Source: a virus (taxonomy: Duplodnaviria > Heunggongvirae > Uroviricota > Caudoviricetes). Taken from it: a DNA stretch of 26,382 nucleotides. The notes beneath the pieces are model-generated. The model was not told the origin of the DNA and did no database searches. It saw only the letters and a program-made list of their open reading frames with translations. Position 1 is the stretch's first letter; the number at the start of each line of letters is the position of its first letter. This document shows positions 10,239 to 18,451 of the stretch, in pieces. The stretch is from the IMG/VR virus record IMGVR_UViG_2526164661_000013; one strand, given 5' to 3'. The position numbers and the translations under genes are program-made.

Positions 10239-13200
10239 TACCGATATGCTCCACTTAACCGACCACCATCACGGGCCTGCTGTTGCATAAAGTCCGCTGC
10301 CGCTTTTTTCCCAAGGTCATAAACCACCTTCAGGGCAGCCGGACCTATCTGCCCGTTCGTGCCATCGTTATTGATCTCGATGTTGTACTGCGGGGAAAAC
10401 ATCGCCATACCTGAACCCCCAATATCCGCCACAACCCCCAGCTTACCGTCAGCACCACGACGCAATGGCAGAATGGCTTCAGGTCCCGCTTCCCCCATCA
10501 CACCCGCGCCTTTTGCAAAAGCAAAAAACGTCGGACGGTTAACCACCGTGCCACTGTAACGACTCAAATCAGCAGACTGATAAATCCCCCCATTGGCATT
10601 CAGGGAAAGGCTGCTGAGATCAAATCCCAGTACACTGCCAATCCCTTTTATCGATTTCATCATGGTTGCCTGCGCCAGGATTTTCGCCATATCTGACAGC
10701 ACAGAAGAGGTGAAGGATTTGAAATTGAGTTTGCCGGTAGTGACAAAAGTTGCCAGGCCATTTCCCATGTTGCTGAAGGCTGACGAGAACACCTGTTCTG
10801 CTGTTTCTGCCGTATTATCTGCATCCACGGTAAAATCCTGAAATGCACGCAGGACTCCGTTTTTCCAGTTACCCTGCACAACTTCAAGCTGTTGCCAGTA
10901 ACGGCGATTCTCATTCAGTTGTCGGTTCAGGCTCTCCGTCAGCGCCTGCTCGGCCTTTCTGTAGTCATCCGTGTTATATGTCCCTTTCTGCTCACTATCC
11001 CGCCTCAACTGCTCCAGCTGTTGCTGGTATTTCTGGCGAAGACTCAGTTGTACCTGATATCGCTGTCGCTGCTGATCACCCATACCCACCGTGGCGATAT
11101 CCAGGTCATGTTGCTGACGCTGAGCGCGCTCTTCTTCAGCCAGTTGACTGGTCAGCTGAATTGTTTTTTTCTTCAGCTCGTTGAGTGCCGTCTGTTTCTG
11201 AAGCTCCTGCTGTTTTACATCCAGCAGCGTCAGTGCCTGAATCAGTTCATCTTTACGGGCCAGCACACTCTTTTCATCTGCCGTCAGTTTTTTCCCGTCC
11301 AGGTCGCTGATGCGCTGCTGCAGAGCCAGAAGCTGTTTATGCGCTTCTGTCATCCTTTCCGTGGCAATGCCTGCTGACTGTCTGGCAGCAGCAATCTGTC
11401 CTTCCACCTGTGCCTGTTGCTGACTGTACTGCAGCAATAACCGGGTGGCCTCATCATTACGGGTTTCGCGTGTTTTTTTCTTACCGGATGCCAGGGCTTT
11501 CTCGTAACGTTCATTTTCACGTTGTATCGCCGCATCCCTGACAGCCTGATCGGCGTACTGCATGGCATTAATACGCGCAATTTCACGCTGATGTCGTGCT
11601 GCTTCCGTTTCATTCATCCGGTTCAGTGCAGCATTTTCAGCATTACGGCGTTTCTGTTGCTCCTGATAATTCCGCTCTGCCTGCTCTTTTGCATCCTGCA
11701 AATCCTTCTGGCGTTTTTTCTCCTGAAGATCGTTAAGACGCTGCTGATCGTATTCAACCTGAGAAGATGATGCCGTCCAGGGGAGTCTTTTCGCCCGCGA
11801 CACTTTCTCCTGTAAAGCGGCAATCTGTTCATCCAGCGAGTCTTCACGACCAATATTCATGGCCGCATCCCAGAAACGACTCCACAAATCAGACAGATAC
11901 TTCAGCGTACTGCCAAGCGCATTGAGGTTATTATCAATATCCGCAGTACGCCGACCGGTTTCCTCTGCCAGTGCAGACATGGCTATCCGTGCAGCATCAC
12001 TGGACCGCCCCTGCTCCCCAAGGACGCGTATCTGCTCAAGCTGAGTGGCAGTAAGAAAATGCAGCTCATTGTCCAGAGCCTTCGCGGCATTTACAGGATC
12101 ATCCTTCAGCCGCTTAAACTGATTTATGGTATCGCTGACCGACTGGCCAACCGATCGCTCCATCTGTGCGGCAGCTCTCGCCACCATACCGATATCGTTT
12201 CCACGAAATGCACCACTCCCCACCACCTGAGCCAGCGCACCGGCTGCAGCATGTTGCGTGATACCATTCCCGGAAATAGCACGACTGAGCGTCCACAGCT
12301 GCCCGGCAGTGACTCCGGCATAATGCCCCGTCAGCGACAACTGGCGGTTAAATTCTTCCCCCTCCTTCTGACCGTCATACCAGGCTTTACCCAGACCATA
12401 GACGGCCGCGGCAATACCGCCAATAACCCCGCCAAGCATCATGCCTTTCGGTGACATCAGTGTGTCTATCCATCCGGCACGGTTAGCCAGCGTTATCCCG
12501 GATCCCCTCAGCGCCCCTAAATTGCCGCGGGCCAGTTCACCTATCAGAACGCCTATCTCCTGGCGGGCTGCTGCACTTTTCAGACCCAGCGAATGCGTGG
12601 CTTTTCCTGCCTGCTCCATTTTGCGGATATACACTTCTGCAGCACTGCTTACCCCCAGCTGGGCTGCCTTAGCACGAAGCAACTCAGAAGATGAAAGATT
12701 CAGGCGGGTTGCCTGCTCTTTAAGCTGACGGATAAACGCCACTTTCTGTCGGGTAGCCTCTTCCTCAGCCTGTGTAAGAACACGGGTTTTCGCAGTAACC
12801 TCAGAAATCAGCGCCAGATAATCCTGCTGACCAATCCCGCCACTGTTTCTGGCCTGTCGGATCTGCTGCTGAATACGCTGTAATTCCTGCAGCCCCGCAC
12901 TGGCCTGTTTCACACTGTCAATCTGACGATAAAACGCAGCAGCCGCTTTATCCTGAGCCTCCGCCAGAGCCATGGCCTGCGCCTGTTCCTCGCGCATTTT
13001 CTGGCTCAGTGCCTCCATGCGCTGGCGGGTTTTCTCCACCTCGCGGGCCATGCGTTCATGAGCCTGTGCGTTCTTCTCCACCGTCTGCGCATGGACGGAT
13101 GCGGCTGTTGCAGCCGAAGAAGCTGCCTGCGTTGTCTGCCGGGCGGCCTGAGTCTGACGCTCCATAAAACGCTGCATACGGGCAGAAGACCGTTCTGCAT

Positions 13201-13303
13201 CGCTGGCTGCACCATTCAGAAGGTTTTTGATACGGGGAATTTCATTTTTAAACTCTGCCGCATCAATCCCCAAATCAATGACCAGGTTGGCTATCTGGTC
13301 CAT
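10238..13303 (-). CDS. H: Tail tape measure protein H, about 1021 aa from the MDQIANLVIDLG start
   Basis: The N-terminus MDQIANLVIDLGIDAAEF and the C-terminus ...NNDGTNGQIGPAALKVVYDLGKKAAADFMQQQARDGGRLSGAYR resemble lambda gpH. The middle is a long Gln/Glu/Arg/Lys-rich predicted coiled coil. A strong ribosome-binding site GGAGGTG lies 7 nt upstream of the ATG at 13301-13303. Confidence 0.9.
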   Translation of the reverse strand: MDQIANLVIDLGIDAAEFKNEIPRIKNLLNGAASDAERSSARMQRFMERQTQAARQTTQAASSAATAASVHAQTVEKNAQAHERMAREVEKTRQRMEALSQKMREEQAQAMALAEAQDKAAAAFYRQIDSVKQASAGLQELQRIQQQIRQARNSGGIGQQDYLALISEVTAKTRVLTQAEEEATRQKVAFIRQLKEQATRLNLSSSELLRAKAAQLGVSSAAEVYIRKMEQAGKATHSLGLKSAAARQEIGVLIGELARGNLGALRGSGITLANRAGWIDTLMSPKGMMLGGVIGGIAAAVYGLGKAWYDGQKEGEEFNRQLSLTGHYAGVTAGQLWTLSRAISGNGITQHAAAGALAQVVGSGAFRGNDIGMVARAAAQMERSVGQSVSDTINQFKRLKDDPVNAAKALDNELHFLTATQLEQIRVLGEQGRSSDAARIAMSALAEETGRRTADIDNNLNALGSTLKYLSDLWSRFWDAAMNIGREDSLDEQIAALQEKVSRAKRLPWTASSSQVEYDQQRLNDLQEKKRQKDLQDAKEQAERNYQEQQKRRNAENAALNRMNETEAARHQREIARINAMQYADQAVRDAAIQRENERYEKALASGKKKTRETRNDEATRLLLQYSQQQAQVEGQIAAARQSAGIATERMTEAHKQLLALQQRISDLDGKKLTADEKSVLARKDELIQALTLLDVKQQELQKQTALNELKKKTIQLTSQLAEEERAQRQQHDLDIATVGMGDQQRQRYQVQLSLRQKYQQQLEQLRRDSEQKGTYNTDDYRKAEQALTESLNRQLNENRRYWQQLEVVQGNWKNGVLRAFQDFTVDADNTAETAEQVFSSAFSNMGNGLATFVTTGKLNFKSFTSSVLSDMAKILAQATMMKSIKGIGSVLGFDLSSLSLNANGGIYQSADLSRYSGTVVNRPTFFAFAKGAGVMGEAGPEAILPLRRGADGKLGVVADIGGSGMAMFSPQYNIEINNDGTNGQIGPAALKVVYDLGKKAAADFMQQQARDGGRLSGAYR

Positions 13304-13626
13304 AACGCACACCTCCGGAAATACCTTCCCCAAGATGCATCAGTTCTTCGTCCGTTCGCTCCGGTATCCCGTTCTCTTCCGGTAAAAGGCTGAAATCAGC
13401 CACCGCAGCATCACTGCTGCCGGACACCATTCTCACGATCAATGCCTTCAGCGAGGCAAACTGCGCATCCATCCACACATCACTGAAGCTCTGCATCCGG
13501 AAATAATCGCCCCACTCACCAAGCTCAGTGGCCGACATTTCCGACAGCATCCGCCGCCAGTCTGCCCGCCGGAACTCCCGGGCAAGCCGCATGACAAACT
13601 GCATTTCCCGCGTCAGGACTTTTCCG
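13275..13626 (-). CDS. T: T segment of the tail assembly chaperone G-T fusion, in the -1 frame relative to G and reached by programmed ribosomal frameshifting near the 3' end of G
   Basis: The -1 frame is open across the G stop and continues as ...VLTREMQFVMRLAREFRRADWRR... to a stop at 13275. This is the conserved G/GT arrangement of lambda-type tail modules. Confidence 0.65.
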
Positions 13627-14002
13627 GCGTCAGCGCCTCATGCTCATCATCCACGGCATTATCAATGGCCCCCATACCGCTCAGCGACAGAACCATCTCC
13701 GCCCCCGCACCCAGGGCATCATACGACCATGTTGTAATAACGGATGCGCAAAGCGTCTCTACATCCTTAGACTGATCCGCATTCCACAGTGAGCGGGAAA
13801 CCAGCCAGGCATTGATATCCATCCCCATCCGCAGAAAAGCAATCTGTCGTTCAGCCTCCGGCAGTTCTCCCTCCCCGGCATCAAACTTTGCCGTTCGCTG
13901 CTGAACAAACGTCAGATATTCAATTCTCTGCAGCCCGGACAGCTCACTGAGCACCACGGACTGTTTTTCATAATTAAACGTGTCCTGTTTCAGAAACATC
14001 AT
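13613..14002 (-). CDS. G: Tail assembly chaperone G, about 129 aa from the MMFLKQDTF start
   Basis: MFLKQDTFNYEKQSVVLSELSGLQRIEYL... resembles lambda gpG (MFLKTESFEHNGVTVTLSELSALQRIEHL as I recall it). The ribosome-binding site AGGTGGAG precedes the ATG. The track start at 14041 falls inside the upstream hairpin and is unlikely to be used. Confidence 0.8.
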   Translation of the reverse strand: MMFLKQDTFNYEKQSVVLSELSGLQRIEYLTFVQQRTAKFDAGEGELPEAERQIAFLRMGMDINAWLVSRSLWNADQSKDVETLCASVITTWSYDALGAGAEMVLSLSGMGAIDNAVDDEHEALTPEKS

Positions 14003-14014
14003 GTTCTCCACCTG

Positions 14015-14038
14015 CAAAAAAGCCCCGCATAACCGGGG
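14015..14038 (-). terminator. Intrinsic terminator-like hairpin between V and G (minus strand)
   Basis: Minus strand reads GCCCCG-gttatg-CGGGGC followed by TTTTTT. The plus strand shows aaaaaaGCCCCGcataacCGGGGC at 14015-14038. Confidence 0.5.
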
Positions 14039-14059
14039 CAAATGATGAGTATCGTCCTG

Positions 14060-14803
14060 TTAACCTGCTGCGCTGACAGTCACCGCAGTCACAGCCACAA
14101 AATTCCCGTCAGCGGTCATGCCCACAATGCTGACACTGCCCTGCTTCACGCCTTTTACCGTGGCCACAAGTCCGTTCAGGGTAACCGTGGCAGTCTGTGG
14201 ATCTGACGAATGCACACTGATCGCTTTGTCACTGGCTCCGTCAGGTTTTACTGTAAAGGTCAGCGTGGTGGTTGCTCCCACTTTTACACTGGCAGACGCC
14301 GGTGATACTGTCAGCCCGGTAACGCTCACGGTTTCAGTGCCTTCCTCTGCCAGATACGGACGCCCCACACCGCTGATTTTCACAGTGCGGGTCATCACGT
14401 CTTTTGAGGCAATGGTTTTACCCAGTGAGCTCAGCCAGCCACGGAAAACATCAACAGTGCCGTTGGGATATTTGATACGAAACGCGCAGACTTCACCGGA
14501 GTCGAACAACTGAACCAGTTTTTTCTGCCCGCTGTCACCCGGACGCCAGGCCAGCGTCGCCGAAGTATCACCAACGGATTTCTGCCCCTGGGTTGTCGTT
14601 TTCCAGTCTGCATCTTCATCATCGAGATAAGTGTCATCTTCTGCATCAGCGGTCATTTCGCCAGGTTGCAGATCCTTCACCATCGCAAGACGCAGCCAGT
14701 CAGTGTCCGACAAAGGGTTCGCAAACGCATCGCCGTTGCCGGTATACATCCAGAACGTCGTCCCCGCACCTTTCGTCTTTGCCAGTGGATTTGGTGTGGT
14801 CAT
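14060..14803 (-). CDS. V: Major tail protein V with C-terminal Ig-like domain, about 247 aa from the MTTPNPLAKTKGAGTTFW start
   Basis: Resembles lambda gpV (MPVPNPTMPVKGAGTTLW...FPNGTVDVFRGW...). The ribosome-binding site AGGAGGTG lies just upstream of the ATG at 14801-14803. Confidence 0.9.
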   Translation of the reverse strand: MTTPNPLAKTKGAGTTFWMYTGNGDAFANPLSDTDWLRLAMVKDLQPGEMTADAEDDTYLDDEDADWKTTTQGQKSVGDTSATLAWRPGDSGQKKLVQLFDSGEVCAFRIKYPNGTVDVFRGWLSSLGKTIASKDVMTRTVKISGVGRPYLAEEGTETVSVTGLTVSPASASVKVGATTTLTFTVKPDGASDKAISVHSSDPQTATVTLNGLVATVKGVKQGSVSIVGMTADGNFVAVTAVTVSAAG

Positions 14804-14813
14804 TACCACCTCC

Positions 14814-15215
14814 TTAATTCGTGTACGTGATCTGGTACGTGATTTCCGCCATCGCCCAGGTGGCCATCTCATTATCACGTTGATAGTTAAAACCGAGTGG
14901 GATCAGGGTGTCGATGAGTCCGGAAAGTGCCGGTATATCATTCAGGGCAGGGAAAATGGTGCTCTCCATCCACATATCCAGCTCTGAATCCGGTGCCTGT
15001 GCCCGGATGAAGACGGCAATATGCAGAACAGCCTGCCAGTCATCTTCATCCGTCATTTTTCCGGTGTACTGAGCATCACTCAGCCACACCGCCACGGCAG
15101 GCAGTTCCTGCGCATCAATAAATGCCGGAAGCCCGTCAAAAAACGTGGCGCTGTCTCCACACTGTTCCCGAAGGCGTGCCAGTACGGCCTGGCGGATTTG
15201 TGTATGTCGGTTCAT
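14814..15215 (-). CDS. U: Tail terminator protein U, about 133 aa
   Basis: ...ATFFDGLPAFIDAQELPAVAVWLSDAQYTGKM...PDSELDMWMESTIFPALNDIPALS... is lambda gpU-like. The ATG at 15213-15215 overlaps the Z stop (ATGA). Confidence 0.85.
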   Translation of the reverse strand: MNRHTQIRQAVLARLREQCGDSATFFDGLPAFIDAQELPAVAVWLSDAQYTGKMTDEDDWQAVLHIAVFIRAQAPDSELDMWMESTIFPALNDIPALSGLIDTLIPLGFNYQRDNEMATWAMAEITYQITYTN

Positions 15216-15790
15216 CGGGTCAGCCATAACCTCAGTTGTTGTTTCAGTGCATACCCCAGCTGTTTCGGCATTTCCGCAGCAATGATGTGGTCGCGGGCAT
15301 CTTCAAATGCCTGTGTCAGCGGTCCGGACAGCGGGATTTTCACCACATCAATGGGGTAACGATTTTTGCCATCAATACGTCGCATCACATGCCAGCGACC
15401 ATTCGCCAGTTGCTGAATAAACGCATCCCGGAAAAGATATTTACCCACCTTCAGCACACTGCCACGGTACTGCAGTTTTCCACCACGCCGGGCCAGTCTG
15501 ACCCGGGCTGTCCCTAGCTTAATGGCGGGCAGATTGCCCCGGTTAACGCGGATCCTGGCCGTCATTTTTCCTGACGGACTGGCTTTAAACACCCGGACAC
15601 GCTGACGTACCAGTTTCAGGGGGATCCCTTTCACCTGGTTATCTCCCGCAACGGTATTCCCGGCAACCTGCCGGGTGGCAACCGAGACCGCTTTCTGTGC
15701 CACACGGTTTATCGCCCATGCGCTGGCCTGTGGCACCATACGGGTATCAAGGCTGTTCAGATTGCGGATGGCATTCTCAAGCCCCTTCAT
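15212..15790 (-). CDS. Z: Tail completion protein Z, 192 aa
   Basis: Same length (192 aa) and position as lambda gpZ, immediately upstream of U with an overlapping stop/start. Confidence 0.8.
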   Translation of the reverse strand: MKGLENAIRNLNSLDTRMVPQASAWAINRVAQKAVSVATRQVAGNTVAGDNQVKGIPLKLVRQRVRVFKASPSGKMTARIRVNRGNLPAIKLGTARVRLARRGGKLQYRGSVLKVGKYLFRDAFIQQLANGRWHVMRRIDGKNRYPIDVVKIPLSGPLTQAFEDARDHIIAAEMPKQLGYALKQQLRLWLTR

Positions 15791-15801
15791 CCCACACCTC
15801 T

Positions 15802-16077
15802 TTACTCAATAAAGATCATTGGCTTACCGTTAAAACGTTCATGCCGTGTGACCGTCCATTGTTGTCCGTCATAAACAACGCGATCCCCGCGCCGTGGGCG
15901 GTATCCCGAAGAAAACACCACCAGAGAGACCGCAGGTCCGGACAGAGCATTCAGCTCTGCCAGTGTTTCTCCCGGGATCACAGTCATATCGACATCATTA
16001 ATCGAGGCTGTCTTTCCCATCTTTCTGACCGTGATCGCATCCATACGCGCTGCCAGCCGGGAAAAGGGATCAGACAT
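15802..16077 (-). CDS. Head-tail attachment / head completion protein (gpFII-like position), 91 aa
   Basis: Small ORF between the capsid-proximal gene and Z, in the synteny position of the head-tail joining protein in Gifsy-2-like and lambda-like modules. The sequence is not clearly lambda FII-like. Confidence 0.5.
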   Translation of the reverse strand: MSDPFSRLAARMDAITVRKMGKTASINDVDMTVIPGETLAELNALSGPAVSLVVFSSGYRPRRGDRVVYDGQQWTVTRHERFNGKPMIFIE

Positions 16078-16393
16078 TGAGTTTTACCGGCACTTCTTCT
16101 GCACTGGTTCCGGCATCTGCCCATACAACCCCGACCAGCGGATCAGAGCCGCTGTTAGTCAGCTGAACTTTTCCTGACTTCAGATAAACCTTCTTACCCG
16201 TTTTCATGTCATCCGTTTTCAGCTTAGGCAGCATAAACACACCTTCGGTTATGCCGTCGCCTGTTTCTCCCTGTGGAATATCGGTCAGCGCCACCGCAAA
16301 AACATCACCCACCTGCACCAGATCTCCGCTGCTGATGGCTGCACTGGCAACAATCGCCACCGTTTTTCCTTCTTCTACAAAATTCTTTGCCAT
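16070..16393 (-). CDS. Small head protein, about 107 aa from the MAKNFVEEGKTV start (possible head decoration protein; homologues are often misannotated as ATP-binding sugar transporter-like)
   Basis: Located directly downstream of the protease-capsid fusion gene, with a GGAG ribosome-binding site before the ATG at 16391-16393. The family assignment is by synteny and recollection only. Confidence 0.45.
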   Translation of the reverse strand: MAKNFVEEGKTVAIVASAAISSGDLVQVGDVFAVALTDIPQGETGDGITEGVFMLPKLKTDDMKTGKKVYLKSGKVQLTNSGSDPLVGVVWADAGTSAEEVPVKLNV

Positions 16394-16436
16394 AACTGTC
16401 TCCGCACAGCCCCGTTCAGGGGCTGATTTCAGGTAC

Positions 16437-16456
16437 AAAAAAAGCCCTTACGGGCC
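16437..16456 (-). terminator. Short GNRA-tetraloop hairpin plus T7 downstream of the capsid gene (weak terminator/attenuator candidate)
   Basis: Minus strand reads GCCC-GTAA-GGGC followed by TTTTTTT. A second perfect 7-bp hairpin (CAGCCCC-n5-GGGGCTG, 16407-16425) lies just upstream of the next gene's ribosome-binding site. Confidence 0.35.
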
Positions 16457-16479
16457 ATCAGAGTTGTTGTCTGCGACGT

Positions 16480-18438
16480 TTACGCCGTACATTTCACCAG
16501 GCCGCGGTGATCAACTGGCGCAACACCAGCGTCAATACGCACTTTCGTTGTCACGCCATCCACACTGAAGCCCTCCATCTGATCAATATATGGCGTATCC
16601 ACACCGTTGAGATAAGCCACTTCAATCGTATCGGAGCCTTTGGACGCAGCCAGGTAGAAGGTGGTCTGGCTGTTATCATCAAGACGAGGCTCTGCAATAA
16701 CGGTCGCAAAATCTTTCACCGGGTTAATAATACCGGCGTTAATGTCAGCCCCCTTGACACTTGAGGAGCGAATGACCTGGTTAGCAACAGACTCCATCGC
16801 CGTCGGTACCAGTACGAACGCAGGACGAATATTCAGATGACGCTCACCCTCTTTCTGAACGCGCATCAACTGGCGGGCTTTATCCAGCGATGCCACGTCC
16901 ATTGCCGCGCTCTCCAGTACGTTTGCATGTTTCGCTTTATCGAACAGACTTACATTATCTGTGGAGATTTTCGGGTTAGACGTCAGAATGGCATAAACCA
17001 GATCGGCAATAGTGGATTTCGCCGCACGGCCCAGCTTCATCGGGACATCGGTCAGCATATTCAGATCATCATTGATAATGGCCTGACGGGTGATACTGAA
17101 CAGCTCGCCATAGGTCGCCAGTGCAATAGTGGCCTGTTTATCTCCGGTGGTGACGTATTTATATTCTGCCCCTTCACGCACCTGACGCAGAGCACTGAAG
17201 CCCCCCATACCCACACGATGGGCAATTTTAAAATCAGACAACTGACCTTTCCGCGTCCACTGTTCATAGGTTTCAGGGGCATCTTCCCAGCCCTGCAGAA
17301 TGGCTTTGTTCGCAACATCCAGCAGAATATTACCGAAGTCAGACGTACTGTGTGTGAACGCCGCACCGACCATCTGCATCGGGTTATAACTGGAAACACC
17401 AATACCACGTTCAGTCAGTGACATACGGGCATATTCACGCAGGGTCATCCCGTTGTAGACATTATCACGTTCAGTTTTTTCAAACCCGGCGCGCGCCATC
17501 AGCGCCTGGCGGATCCCGTCCCCCACAAAATTACCGTTACCGGCATAAATATGAGCCGGGGTATTTTTATTGGATGGCGTGGACTCGCGCCCCATCTCGT
17601 TCAACAGCTTTTCGCGGGCCTGCTCCAGCGAACATTCAGGATCGGCAAGACACTGAGCCTGCAACGACTGATAACGCCCGCCAAACATGGCAAACAGATC
17701 ATTAATACCGTTTACACGCGCTTTTTGCTCTGCCAGGACCTGCGCACGGATGCTGTTTTCATCCACCACGGGTGCTGCTGCCTGCACTGGCGTCCGGGAG
17801 GCTGCAGGTCCATCATCCTGTACGCGTGGAGCACTGTTGCGTGGCGGAGTAATCATATTTCGAATGGATTCCGGCATCTTTTTAAATTCCTCTGTACGTT
17901 TTGACTGAATACATGCCATTGCCTTAACGGCTGGTGTCACCTGATCAGCAAATCCCTGTGCCAGACATTCGGCACCGGACATCCAGGTCTCATCCGCCAG
18001 CATGGCAGCAATTTCATCGGTGGTTTTCCCGGTTTTCTGTGCATAAGCGGGTAACAGAACCGCCTCAACTTTATCGAGCAGGTCGGCATAGGTGCGCATG
18101 TCCTCCGCATCACCGCCCGTAAAGCCAAATGGTTTATGAATCATCATGAAGGAGTTTTCCGGCATAATGACCGGGTTTCCCACCATCGCAATGACCGACG
18201 CCATTGACGCCGCCACACCGTCGACATAAACGGTAATGGACGCACCATGTGTTTTCAGTGCATTAAAAATGGCGATGCCTTCAAAGACATCGCCACCCGG
18301 TGAATTAATATGGAGATTAATGTGGGTGATATCGCCCAGTGCATTCAGATCACTGATAAACTGCTTCGCCGTAACACCCCAGAAACCAATCTCGTCATAA
18401 ATATAAATATCCGCGTCACTCTGGTGACCTGCCTGCAT
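16480..18438 (-). CDS. ClpP/S14-like prohead protease fused to major capsid protein, about 652 aa from the MQAGHQSDADIYIYDEIGFW start
   Basis: The N-terminal part (...INSPGGDVFEGIAIFNALKTHGASITVYVDGVAASMASVIAMVG...MIHKPF...) looks ClpP-like. The long C-terminal part has the size and position of a major capsid protein. The start lies 11 nt after the portal stop, with an AGGA ribosome-binding site. Confidence 0.8.
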   Translation of the reverse strand: MQAGHQSDADIYIYDEIGFWGVTAKQFISDLNALGDITHINLHINSPGGDVFEGIAIFNALKTHGASITVYVDGVAASMASVIAMVGNPVIMPENSFMMIHKPFGFTGGDAEDMRTYADLLDKVEAVLLPAYAQKTGKTTDEIAAMLADETWMSGAECLAQGFADQVTPAVKAMACIQSKRTEEFKKMPESIRNMITPPRNSAPRVQDDGPAASRTPVQAAAPVVDENSIRAQVLAEQKARVNGINDLFAMFGGRYQSLQAQCLADPECSLEQAREKLLNEMGRESTPSNKNTPAHIYAGNGNFVGDGIRQALMARAGFEKTERDNVYNGMTLREYARMSLTERGIGVSSYNPMQMVGAAFTHSTSDFGNILLDVANKAILQGWEDAPETYEQWTRKGQLSDFKIAHRVGMGGFSALRQVREGAEYKYVTTGDKQATIALATYGELFSITRQAIINDDLNMLTDVPMKLGRAAKSTIADLVYAILTSNPKISTDNVSLFDKAKHANVLESAAMDVASLDKARQLMRVQKEGERHLNIRPAFVLVPTAMESVANQVIRSSSVKGADINAGIINPVKDFATVIAEPRLDDNSQTTFYLAASKGSDTIEVAYLNGVDTPYIDQMEGFSVDGVTTKVRIDAGVAPVDHRGLVKCTA

Positions 18439-18451
18439 CCTGAACCAAGAA

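Noticed and set aside
13275-13333. Apparent conflict between the T 3' end and the H start (overlapping ORFs)
   Set aside because: The genes are in different frames, and the H start at 13303 has a strong ribosome-binding site (GGAGGTG). Short overlaps of this kind are normal in lambda-type tail operons, so this is not a frameshift or annotation problem.
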